A stretch of 62,773 nucleotides of DNA, counting the filler, from Choristocarpus tenellus KU-1152 (taxonomy: Eukaryota; Protista; Phaeophyceae): the NCBI GenBank assembly GCA_964200185.2. It is 12 parts of 12 records of this genome, joined end to end, with 100 filler letters (N's around TTAATTAATTAA, not from the genome) between each part and the next. Parts side by side here need not be neighbours in the genome. Positions count along the whole stretch, not along the records: positions 9,849 to 16,216 come from CAXNAD020008289.1; positions 16,317 to 21,051 come from CAXNAD020013281.1; positions 21,152 to 26,720 come from CAXNAD020010391.1; 9 more parts are not named here. One strand, 5' to 3'. Under the pieces are notes generated by a model, which saw only the letters and a list, made by a program, of their open reading frames with translations, did not search any database and was not told where the DNA came from. How positions within the stretch are numbered: the first letter of the stretch is position 1; the number at the start of each line of letters is the position of its first letter. This document shows positions 10,598 to 21,912 of the stretch, one piece after another. Both the position numbers and the translations under genes were made by a program.

Positions 10598-13500
10598 TGA
10601 ATTCTTTCGCTGTGCATTGATCTTGCTCCAGGAAGGTGCTGTGCCAGGTGGCAATATTGGTCCCTACAGGGAAAGCACACGCCAGGGTGGCTTTGCAACT
10701 TGTGGTCCTGGACACTTCATGGAGGTGGTGGGCAGTGTCCACTCCGCGACCCGGCAGACATGGTACCAGAAGGTGAGATGTCATGCAGCAGTCCTAGTGG
10801 AAACGAAAGTCTGATTGACTCAAAGTATCTTGGGAGGGGGGGTATCTACACCAGGGTGTCCATTCGCGCCCTAACCGGAGAAGTGAACTTACATTGTCCG
10901 TCCGATGCATGCAACCAAATCACCCACAAATTGCGGCATGTAAAAGTAAACCCCGGATGGACAGCTCGCACTCCTCCCCAGATACTTTGAGTCATTTTGT
11001 ACTTGTAGGGTGTTCTATTCCTTTGTTTTCCTTGAGATAATATGGGTACTGTGGAATACCACATGGGTGTGTTTGTGATTCAAATACCACCAGCAGCAAT
11101 CAAATGAGTGTGCACACAACACAGGTAGGCGTGCCAAACGAAATATGCGGTCTTTGGCATGAGGCAAGGAATCTATATTGAGTCCAAGGTTTTCACAGGT
11201 TGAGTAGACCTGCATCTTTGGTAATACCAGTTCGGTTGCCTTTGGGCTCAAATTGACTGAAGATAATGCCTTTAACGTCTTGTTGTCAGTCTAGGATGGA
11301 AAAAACATGAAAGAGCCCTTCATACACAAGCGTCACTACGGTGTATTGGGTTTTACTTGTACTTTCGTGTAAATATGTCCAGACGCGAGAGGAGCATGCA
11401 TTTCTGGGAGCATATAATAAACGCGGGCCTTGGCCTCAATGGTTAGGAAAATAGTCAAAACGATTCAGTAGTCCGCAAAAGAAGCAAAACGCAGGGGGTT
11501 TCCACAGTTGTGAAAAGGCTGAACTTGTGGTACGTCAAAATATGTCTTACCTTACATGAAGTTTCCCTTGCGGCTTGCATACGTAGCTCCGTACTTGACA
11601 TCGTAGTTGTCAGTCACCCCAAATCGACTTGCCAGAGATAAAAGATGACCCAAAGTATCTGTGGGGGGGGGGGGGTCAACACCAGAGTGTCCTTTTGGTC
11701 CAAAATCAGGAAAAGTGCATTTATATTACCCATCCGACGTATGCAACCAAATACCCAAAAATCGCGACATGAAAAAAGTAACCCCATATGAACAGCCCCC
11801 ACCCCTCCCCATATACTTTGAGTCAGATATGGACTGTTGTCCCCTAACGCATTATTGCGAATTTTCCCCCTAGAATTCCTGAACAGTTTTAAAATGTATT
11901 AATCCAACCACCAAGAAAGGATGCATGTGTCCTTAATCAATTCCGGTGGCGAGTTTATTGTTCATCGTTCCACTCTAACAGTACGTTATCCACTCCCCTT
12001 CCTCTCTTGATCCCTCACCAGTGGAATGTAAATCGTTTTCTCCGACCGGAGGCCATGGCAGGCGTTCTCCACAACGATGTGTTCAATGGGCGCAATTCTC
12101 CGATTGATAAGAGTTTGCTTGAAAACGATTTGCTGAAAAAGCATGTGATGGAACACACCTACAAGAACAATGAGCTTCTTCAGGTTGCACACCCCGAAGT
12201 CAGTCTGCTTCTTCCGTTGGTGAGAGGACCTTCTCCAATTTTTGGTGTGGGAGAAAGCAAACGTATCCTGCTTTCATACTGAATATTGCTTCAAAGTGCA
12301 TGGTGAACTTACCAAAACTGCAACAGCATGGTATTCTAATATCTGTATCTTGAGCATAACACGCATTTGGTACTCCGACCAAACTGAGAGGAATCACTAA
12401 TATATCTTATGCAGATAGTGCTCAGGATATCTCCAGCTTTAAAAATGTCAACCTTGGAATATTACAGAGCTCTACTTAGAACTAACACGAAACATCAGAG
12501 TGAAATTATCTTAGGGGGTACGAGTTTTACCCTGTTTGTCCATTTGGGGCTTGGTTTTTCTCGTTTTTTTTATTATTACATTTTCCTTCTCCAAAATATA
12601 TCGAAGTAAAATGTATACGTTACGAAAGGTGTGTCCGGAACAAGGATATTGACACTTCCTAACAGACACGATAGTCAAAATTACATCAAAATCACAATAT
12701 TGGATTTTAGCCCCAAATGGACGCGCCTCTACCCTCCAAAATACTTTGGCTCATCGGTATGGTAAAGAAGTGTCGTCTCTTGACGTTGTACACTCCTTTT
12801 AACACTCCACACCACCAATATTTCGATCTTTTCACTACTTCTACAGGGAGTCCCTGAAGGATCGCCCACTCACCCAAGCTTCCCTGCTGGTCACAGCGTC
12901 AACAGTGGAGCAGCGACCACTGTGCTCAAGGTAACCACAAGACACTAACTTGTTCACTGCTTGGTAGATCTATATACAAAGACCACACAGTTCTATAGTC
13001 CCACCACATAAAGATATCATCCATCTTTATATTTCCAGGGAAGTTTTGTGTAGGTTTTGGGGGTTATTCGGTACCCTACGAGAAAGCTGCTTGAACTTCC
13101 CTATGAAATTATGTTCGTAGCAGAAATAGAAGTGCACTATTTGAATTTACATTGATAGGGCAGGATTAGTCCATCATGTCGATTGCCACTTATATTAGTA
13201 CATGATGAGAGCCCTAGCTACCCTCATTTGAGAAATATACTCAACTCGGGACGACTCGGGGATGTGTACACATTCCAGGGCACTCTGGAGTATATATTAA
13301 CCTATGTAGCACTTCCGTAGTACAAAATGTGATATTTTGATAGGTCTTGAAGATTACATACCTAGGAGGAGATATATTTCTCTAGAGGTAACAGCCGATC
13401 ACACATACCCGCTGACTTCGAAGGTGACCAATCTTCCTCAAATGTCGTGAACTATTAGGACCATCCTTTTCATCCTATTTCTTGCCTAATCCCCTCCTTC

Positions 13501-15307
13501 CTCAGGCGTTCCTTGGCCCCAACGGCAAAAACTGCGTGGACTCTCCCGTATATGTCAGTGATTGTGGTCTTGAGCGATTCCCTCTCGACGAGGACGGGAT
13601 ACCGGCCTGCCTGACCTGGACGGGGGAGCTGAATAAGATGGCCTCCAATATTGCGATGGGAAGGTACAACTAGGATTTTTTTTCGATCTTATCATGCGAA
13701 GAGATGCAAATTCTCACACTGCCACACCACTATTAGTGTCAAGAAACTGCCAAAATCGTAGTCTGCAGTCCACAGTTGATATGTAACTCCCTGACAACAT
13801 TTTTGTGTCCTGCGAATCACAATACACCTTCTGACGGGCAATAAAAGACACAGGTCAATCAAGAAAGTCTTCATGATGCACCAAGAGGTTAATGTCACGG
13901 GGGGATCAGCATGTAGTATTCCAATAATGCTGAACGTTCATAGATACGTATGTACAGGACTGTATATGATGGCTTAGATTCGATGTATTTTCTTTGTTGA
14001 TCCGGTTGGTGGAGTGTGCATCACATTGGATAATTTACAAGCATCTTGGAGTCAACACTTGGAGTGATGAAACATCCTATCAGAAGGAATTGAAACGATT
14101 GAAGCTTGCCTCAATGCTTCGAACTCAGAATCTTGATCCATCCCCACTGGGTGAGACATAAAGGATGTTACTGCAACAATTTGGTACACAATCAATTCTC
14201 CCACTGCAATCCAAAGAGGTCACTCTGTGACCACTATTGACCAAGCTCGTGCTGAACACACAGGTCGATGCTGGGTGTGCACTTCCGCGCCGACAATATT
14301 GATGGCATGCTCTTTGGTGAGGTCATCGCCGTCCGTATCCTGCAAGAGGTTAGTAACATATGCACACAACCCATAGTACACAACTAAAATGAAAGGATAT
14401 TGGGGAAAGGTAGTAGCACGTGTGACTCACAATATGTTGGAAATGTGCTAGGGAATGTAAGGTGGAAGGTATATCCACAAGCAATTTTGCTGCTGTTCCA
14501 CATTATTGTAGTTTCCCTCGAACATCCTTTCCCCCGCGCACTTAGAGAATATAGAGAGTATCCTTGAATATATAGTAGGAACGAGAGTGTCTCTTGGAGG
14601 ACCTTTTCCATTGAAGCACCTATCTCTCAAACACCTTGTCGCATTTGACCTTACCATCAATTGAGCTCTACAGTATACAGTTAAACCGTTGAACATCACT
14701 CGACTTTGTCATTATTCGGACACATGGTACAACAGGAATTGTCGGGGCTTCCAGAGGGGGAGATGGCTTTCTGGGAATTTGACCTTTTCAATGGTGACAC
14801 AATCAAGGTGTGATGAGGATGGTTTGGGTATCTCGTGTGCACTAGCGTAGTAGGTTCGACATTTTCTTGATTCCTGGTCTTGAACTTGGCATACATATGT
14901 TGCTATATGTTCAATGTATGGTCTTGCTCCCAGAGGCGAAAACGGTTGTCAGAAGCCAATCTCTACTCGACTTTTGTTTTCTGGTCGGAAACCTGTTTCT
15001 TCGAAATGTAATATATAGTTTTGTCTCGACAGGTAAATTGCCTGAATTATTGCACCTACTGAGCTGAGTGTAACATATATGTGGTTTTTCTCCAAGGTGT
15101 TGTGTCTCGACTAACCTTGTACTTGCACTATTGGTCCATCAGTGGACATCCTATTGGATGATCGCTTCAACGTTCTCAAATATACCATTGTTTCGCGTTG
15201 TTTGTTCACCGTTCCTCTATTTGCAGATTGAGCGCGAAGGCAACACAATTGGTGGGGTTTTCTTCCCCGGTCCATATGATCCGGATTTGTTCCCTGAGGA
15301 AGAGTGA
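10598..15307 (+). CDS. Vanadium-dependent haloperoxidase (brown-algal vBPO/vIPO type), 3' part (exons 10598-10772, 12022-12219, 12847-12930, 13506-13663, 14264-14348, 14736-14807, 15227-15307)
   Basis: Spliced motifs WYQK|WNVNRFLRPEA, EGSPTHPSFPAGH, GELNKMASNIAMGR|SMLGVHFRAD, ILQE|EL and FDLFNGDTIK are in the order and spacing of brown-algal VHPOs. Every junction is GT-AG and in phase. The last exon is the least certain. Confidence 0.93.
10817..10993 (+). mobile_element. MITE family A, full length (177 bp)
   Basis: Perfect 14-bp TIR GACTCAAAGTATCT/AGATACTTTGAGTC with flanking ATT/ATT duplication. Homologous to 11647, 38411 and 62591. Confidence 0.9.
11334..11608. mobile_element. CACTA/EnSpm-type MITE (275 bp)
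   Basis: Termini CACTACGGTGT / ACATCGTAGTT with GT/GT flanks. Its left end aligns with the reverse complement of 33335-33401. Confidence 0.55.
11647..11824 (+). mobile_element. MITE family A, full length (178 bp)
   Basis: GACCCAAAGTATCT...ATATACTTTGAGTC with AGAT/AGAT 4-bp duplication. Confidence 0.88.
12498..12752 (+). mobile_element. MITE family B, full length (255 bp)
   Basis: GAGTGAAATTATCTTAGGGGG...ATACTTTGGCTC with flanks ATCA/ATCG. Interior matches 18900, 32837 and 43770. Confidence 0.88.
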
Positions 15308-16142
15308 GTAATGGGGTTGCTATCCCTGTACAATTTTGCATCACACATGTTGCTGACACCGCCTTCGGGACTCACTTGCTTGGTTTCCACATGTAGTGTG
15401 AGAATCGTCCATTTGCTGTACAATCTGTCATGGGTTGATTAAGGTGATGGGTTGAATCACTAAAAAGAAGAAGATTGTCAATAGTAGTTGTTGGCAGAGC
15501 AACTCTCGCTATGCATAGCACTGTCCTTACTAATTTTTCTGGAGATACGTATGCCACGAAGTACCTTAATGGTAGCAACTGTGCGTTGAAACTGAGGAGT
15601 TTTATGTTTGCAGGAACAAATGTACTCTAGGGTAGATTGTTTTGAGCTACTTTTTAGAGCTTCTCATAGTACCTTCTCAAATGCATTGATCTCCTGGTCA
15701 TCATGTTGCGATTTTTTATTTTTCAGCATAGAGACTGGACAGAGCAAACTCTGTAAGAGTTCGCTTCACTCACCTTCCAATACTGAGTTGGTTGTTTCCA
15801 GTGACTTGACAAAAGTAAACCCCACATTCTAATCATACAGGTGCAAAGACAAGGAATGTAAAGATCGGGAGCTGGAGAGGACAAATCGGTTGTACAACAG
15901 GGGATACTACTAAAATTGCACGGGTTGTGGCTATTACCTGCTGAGGCAGTCCCTATAGTTGCTAATACTACGTATTTCTTCAAGGAGGTACATCCAAATT
16001 ATTGCATCCAAATTCCCCTTTCCCCCTAAACCCAGGGAATAATGTGTATTTTCCCCCTGAAGTGGGGAACTGAGAAACAATTTTAGATTAGACGGTGCAC
16101 AAGAGGCATTGTCCACATGAGCAAGAGTTCTTGAGCCGTCCT

Positions 16143-16216
16143 GGCTCAAAGTATCTGGGAGGGGGTGGCGGCTGTCCATTTGGGTCAATTTTTTCATGTC
16201 GCGATTTTTGGGTTAT
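16143..16216 (-). mobile_element. MITE family A, cut by contig end
   Basis: GGCTCAAAGTATCTGGGAGGGGG..GTCCATTTGG. Confidence 0.85.
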
Positions 16217-16316
16217 NNNNNNNNNNNNNNNNNNNNNNNNNNNNNNNNNNNNNNNNNNNNTTAATTAATTAANNNNNNNNNNNNNNNNNNNNNNNNNNNN
16301 NNNNNNNNNNNNNNNN
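16217..16316. other. Artificial contig spacer
   Basis: N44-TTAATTAATTAA-N44. Confidence 0.99.
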
Positions 16317-16384
16317 CACATGGGAAGCCAAGCCCCAAATGGACAAACAGGGCTAAACTCGTACCCTCTAAGATACTTTCACTC
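16317..16384 (-). mobile_element. MITE family B end at contig start
   Basis: ccaaatggac...ccctctaagatactttcactc. Confidence 0.85.
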
Positions 16385-16845
16385 AATTGCAGGTAGGTAG
16401 TAACTATAAGAGATGTACAGAGCAATTTATCGGTTGTTGCTGCTAGTGAGTACCTATCATGACTAGACCTAGTGATGTGTCTTTTGAACCTCATGAGTTC
16501 CATCAATTTTTGAAGATTCGATTTACTCCTACTGATTGTGGAGATTGATTGTGCTTCTGTTGGGTACTTAGGGAGAGGAGAATTACTCTGAGGGACATTA
16601 GTAGATTTTGTGTAGGAAATGGACTGAGAGGGAGAGCTTGCTGATTATAGATTGGTGATCACAAGAGGTCCATATTAGGTGGAACTATCATGTTTGAGGA
16701 AAGATGTTTTGACTAGTGGTCACATCAGCAGAAAATTGCTATCATGCCTACTGTAGGGACTTACTATGTTTCATTGTGTGATCCGGATATAAAAGAGAGA
16801 GAAGGAGGTATCATGCTCTAGAAGCACATGCATATATTTATGCCA

Positions 16846-19616
16846 CTACTCCGTCAGGAATAACTTGAACTGATGTTTGAGGATAACGAGAAAAAATTCA
16901 TCGTGATTGCTCAGAAGGCTTGATATGTCTCGGAGTGGGACATGCATATTGACATCATCCATTATCCCTATGTGCGTTGTGGTGAGAAAGGAGAGATGCT
17001 GCCCATTTGATATTGCAGACTGAGTACCAACGCGATCAATTAATGGTGTGAAGTGGGGGTGCATCTAGGCATTAAGTTGTAGTAACTATTCCTCACCTTG
17101 CGTTAAAAGCAGGCGAGTGTCTCAAGAATATACTCGAACGCTTGCATGAAAGATCATGTAGGAGGCAGTTAACTGAGAGAAGAAATTGCCATTATTGTAA
17201 AACAGGAGATGGCCTTAGGAATGGGTACATTGCCACTGGTGACCAACGACCAAAGGGTTGGTGGCATGGTAGAGATTAGGAGTAAAACGTTCAGAGTAGG
17301 TAAAATGTGTACATTATGAAAAGGTGCGTCTGGAACAAGGATATTGACAATTAATTCCTAACAAACACGATAGCCAAAATTACATCAAAATCGGAATATT
17401 GGATTTTGCCTCCAAATGGACACCGCTCTACCCCCTAAGATGCTTTGGCTCTTAGGTTATGAGCGATTGCTGGAGTAGAGTCCCACCTTGTTGAGGGGTT
17501 TCTCACTCCTTGTCCCCAACCTTACTGCAACTACAATCAATACAACTATGTACACAAGGCCAGGGAAAGAGAAGTTTCCTAACCTAATTATGGACATTCT
17601 GCTGATCATGTATCACATGATGCACCAGCCATTTACTCATTTTCTCTCTAGATAAGTGGATCCCACAAGGTATAATGCGCCTTGGGCCCCGCCTCCTTCT
17701 TCAGTTGGCCCCATTTCAGAGGAACCGAAATCATAAGCCCACAACATAAAATTCACAACCACATAATTTGGCATCATCATATTGTATCAACTGCATCACA
17801 TACACTGTTAGACAAAAGGAGAGGGTCCATTCATCATGTGTACGTGCCGGTGAAATAAAAATATGCCCTCTAAATAACTACTGAGTAGTCTCGAGTATAG
17901 ATCTCAAGTAATCCCAATACTAATCTTTCCCTAATGTGGAGTAATATGTAAGTCCTAACAAATAACATAAAACAAAATGCCAATAATACATCTGAAAGTG
18001 AGGACGTCCTGCATAGAGAAAATGCAACAGATACGCAATGCTTCAAAGAACCACATACTACGACTGGCCAAATCTAATCGTCATTCGTCCTGAACCATGT
18101 TCTCAATTATGTCTTCTTCTTTTACCTTCACATTCCTTTCCCTCAATCCTGCCAGCATATCCCCTGCCATATGCATCCTCCCTGTTACCAGAGGTGCCAA
18201 CTGATCACTTGAATGCTCATCCTTCACTTCTCCATTGCACCCATGCCCACTGCTTCCTTCTCTGCATTTGCCATTCGAGACTCCAAGTCCCACTCTGTGT
18301 TCCCCACACCAGTCGACCCTGCAACTCCTACCAAAATATTCTGACCTTTGCACTCTTCCTTCTCCTGTTTTAATTCCTCTGCTACTGTGTCCGGCTTCCC
18401 CGTCTGGTTCCTCACTGGCTGCACATGCTCCTTGGAGAGGGAGAGACGAGGAGATGATTGGCAGACATGTACATAGTGTAAAATATCACGATCACATTGC
18501 AAAACGATCAAGATCATTCCCCTGAAGCTTGGAGCGAACGTGCACATGCCACGAAAAGAGTTGCTTCAACATTTCTTTTTCTTACTCCCAAGCAGAAGAT
18601 AGTTTCGGTATTGAAGGAACTGCCAAGAAGAGCCAACCAAATGTAGGAGATCCAGTTATTCCAACAACTAGGCGTCAAGTCTTAGTCCCAAAAAGTAGGT
18701 AAGTTTCGTACTGTATTGCTGAAATGTTTCAGAGTTTTACACACATCTATACATCAAATACCTATTTCAATGCCCCACAACATGATTTCCTGCATGCATC
18801 TCCATTTTGTTGGACTAGCCTATTGTGTAAGCATTTTTACCTTCAGTGTGAAGTATTGAACATGGAAGTAATGGTATAGAGTGATGCAGGGAGGGGGGAG
18901 AGTCGAAGTATCTTAGAGGGTAGAGATGCGTCCATTTGGGGGCCAAAATCCAATGTTGTGATTTCGATTAAATTTTGACTATTGTGATTGTTGGAAAGTG
19001 TCAATATCCTTGGTTCTGCACACCCATTTTCATAACGTATACATTCTACATTTCGGAGTAGTTAAGATGTCATTAGAACCCGTGGGAAGCCAAACCTCAA
19101 ATGGACGAACAGGGCAAAACTCGTACCCTCTAAGATACTTTCACTCAGGAAGAAAAAGAAAAAAATCAGTGACATGATAAAAAAGAAGTTGGAAACCATG
19201 CACAACCAATCACGTTCAGAGGATCATTCTACAATGGTAAACCACAACCAAAACTACACCCCCACCCCGGTTGCTGAAACAACAGGGTGAACTCTTGGGC
19301 ACCCACTCCCGCTTCGTTCCCTTCACTGCCTCTCTATCCAACCACACACCTCAAAACACGTCAAATCCTCAAAATGGCTGTCCTCAGAAGTGTAAGTTTT
19401 GCTTCGACATCTCCAACCCTTGCTGCCCCCCATGATTCGGTTTCTCCTCTTCCCCCATGACTCACTCTTCGATTCCTGACTGTTCATGGTCAAGGCGACA
19501 CTATATGTCGATTTGGAACCATCCTCGGAATTTTCATCTCTAATGGAGTTTGTCTTGTCAGGCTTCCGGCGTTCAATGGCTGTGCAGAACTTTTCCTCAG
19601 TGGGAAGAAGTTGTGC
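16846..19616 (-). CDS. Probable exons of an unidentified gene
   Basis: Open, splice-bounded blocks at about 19616-19351 and 18417-18126 (ends RERNVK|gtaaaa), plus a possible terminal exon 16968-16846 (IMDDVNMHVPLRDISSLL...FLTE*). Phases are not fully reconciled and no homology was recognised. Confidence 0.3.
17288..17451 (+). mobile_element. MITE family B, 5'-truncated
   Basis: Matches the 3' two-thirds of 12498-12752 and ends TAAGATGCTTTGGCTC. Confidence 0.85.
18900..19146 (-). mobile_element. MITE family B, full length (247 bp), reverse orientation
   Basis: GAGTCGAAGTATCTTAGAGGGTA...TACCCTCTAAGATACTTTCACTC with flanks GGGA/AGGA. Confidence 0.9.
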
Positions 19617-20844
19617 CTGTGGTCATCCATTTTGTTGCATGTGTTGAATGGAGTGGAGTTCAAGTAATAGAATAATGAGAGATGGGATGATGTGGAATCA
19701 AAAACACTTCATCTCTAATTGTTTGAATGTACTATTTCTCCTTCTGGAGTATGGGAGAGAACAATTTTATGTACAGGTATCAGACAGATATGGTCTATTT
19801 GACCATTGTAGTAGCAAACACAGAATCCGAAACTACTGCAATGGAACAAGGCGTAAGATTAGCACAGTGAAGGGTTGTTTGCGGTTCAATAAGAGCACAC
19901 CAATGAAAATGAAACGCTCAATGCTAACGTTTCCCTAAAAAGTTCGGGCATATATTCAGTCGATGATGTTTGGTAGTCAAAACTAAAATTCAGGTAATTT
20001 TGCTGTATAGTGCCAGTTACCATTTTCTGGGGCCAAATACTCTAGAGCAACCGATATCCATATACCACTCGAGTCCATTTGCTCCTAACGTCTGTTATCT
20101 ACCACAAGACTTTTCCGTACATCCTTTGTCAGGGTAACAATTAGTGGGTTTTGTTCCTAACATATGTTGTCCAGAATATTTGGTTCCGTTTTGTTAAATA
20201 ATACTTCACGAAGTGATCAACTTATTCTCTTGCACATAAGGTTGATCTTTTGAATCAGAGAGAGTGACAAACAGAGGAAATTTGACGGAAAAAAGCACTG
20301 ATAAAGAATAATGTCTATATTTAGATATCTATTGCACTCCGTGATAGTGTTTACTGTCCTGGGCAATGCTGGAGGACCATTTGCTCTACAACGTTCTCTG
20401 CTCGGGACAGCACAGGACTATTTGCTTTGGAACTCCCGTTTTCGGCAAACCCTTTAGGGCCAACTTGATCTGTATATATATGTCCGTTGTCCAGGACAAT
20501 CTTCCAGGTCATTTGTCAAAAATATCCATTGTATGAACAGTGTTTTTGTCGATTATAATGCTAAGACGTTAAAAGTTGGAATATGTTGATGTTATGTTTT
20601 CTTTGTATGAAATATGAAATATAGCAAGATATATACAATAGTTGAAACGAAAAAAAATGGGTATTAATTATCAAATGTATACTTTATGTACGAAGTATAA
20701 TTATACTCTGATGAAAAACAGAATACTTTGTGACTGAAACTATTTGTTACATGGACGTACCTCCAGTAAAACAGTGTGTAAAATAGGGTTGCATTTTAGT
20801 GGGCAGTACACTGTGACCACACAAGAAATCCTTAACAATATACG

Positions 20845-20886
20845 CCCTGACACATCTACAAAATGTCAGAGGACATATTAAAATAA
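20845..20886 (+). repeat. 3'-terminal hairpin and tail of the RLE-type LINE family
   Basis: ccctgacacatctacaaaatgtcagaggacatattaaaataa. Confidence 0.7.
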
Positions 20887-21051
20887 ATGTCAAAAAATAT
20901 GGTGGTACCAGTAGGTTTGCCCTCTGTGGCAATCTTGAATTTGTTCATGGGATCACAACAGATATACGACAACAACATGCCAGATCCCCCCTCAGGAATT
21001 TAAGCTCACAATCAGCAGATCCCTAGGGAGAGAGGAGGCACTATCCAACAG

Positions 21052-21151
21052 NNNNNNNNNNNNNNNNNNNNNNNNNNNNNNNNNNNNNNNNNNNNTTAAT
21101 TAATTAANNNNNNNNNNNNNNNNNNNNNNNNNNNNNNNNNNNNNNNNNNNN
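21052..21151. other. Artificial contig spacer
   Basis: N44-TTAATTAATTAA-N44. Confidence 0.99.
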
Positions 21152-21247
21152 CGTGTCCTCTTCCGATCACACACCAAAAAAGTGAAAAACGAAAAAAGGG
21201 TGAAAAACGACCGCCGCCCCCCCCCCCCCCCCCAGATACTTTGACCC
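21152..21247 (-). mobile_element. MITE family C, cut by contig start
   Basis: Reverse complement of the left half of 62094-62270. Ends CCAGATACTTTGACCC. Confidence 0.85.
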
Positions 21248-21912
21248 AATCATGGAAAATAGTTTCAAGCAAGACCGGACAATGTACTCAACTTCCATCC
21301 CCCCTTTTTAGAGCATGGCTTCAAGCTGCTTCGTTTGTCTGATTTTCTGCTGAGAGTTGAACAATAGGCATACATCGCTTAATCTGCTGCACCCATGTGC
21401 ACAGCTCCCATGATCCATATATACATGGGTATCTGCTTGCTATCACTTTGTTGTAGCACTGGAGAATGATATTAGTAACAAGATTATACCACACAAGCAT
21501 AGTATACAGCAGTAGTAGCGAGCAGGCTTCTACGTGTGATGTCATCAAGCAGTAATGTCCGCCCGCCTAGACATTCTTTAAGTTAGATGTAGACAAGAAT
21601 CCCAAGCACATCTGGAGAGAGTAACAATTAGTGTGTTTAAATTGTCCGTGCTGCATGATATTGTAGTCTCAACTGATCATTTGCTTGCAATCTTTGCAAA
21701 CATTTTGCGCCCATCCACCTTGATAATAAGGACTCAAGAAGAACATCAGCAAGGGAAGTTTATTTTTCTTCACCTAGAGGCACATGTCAATTATAGCTAA
21801 GATATATGCATATCTCGAAGTGTACAAATGTCTTCTGTTGTTATCCTAATACACACACTTTTTTTGCTGTTCTCACAGTCTGATCGTGCTGCTACAGTTT
21901 CAGTTGGCAGTG

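Noticed and set aside
15150-15810. Minus-strand micro-exon gene overlapping the last haloperoxidase exon
   Set aside because: Short blocks can be chained in phase, but one acceptor is poor and there is no homology, so it cannot be told from chance.
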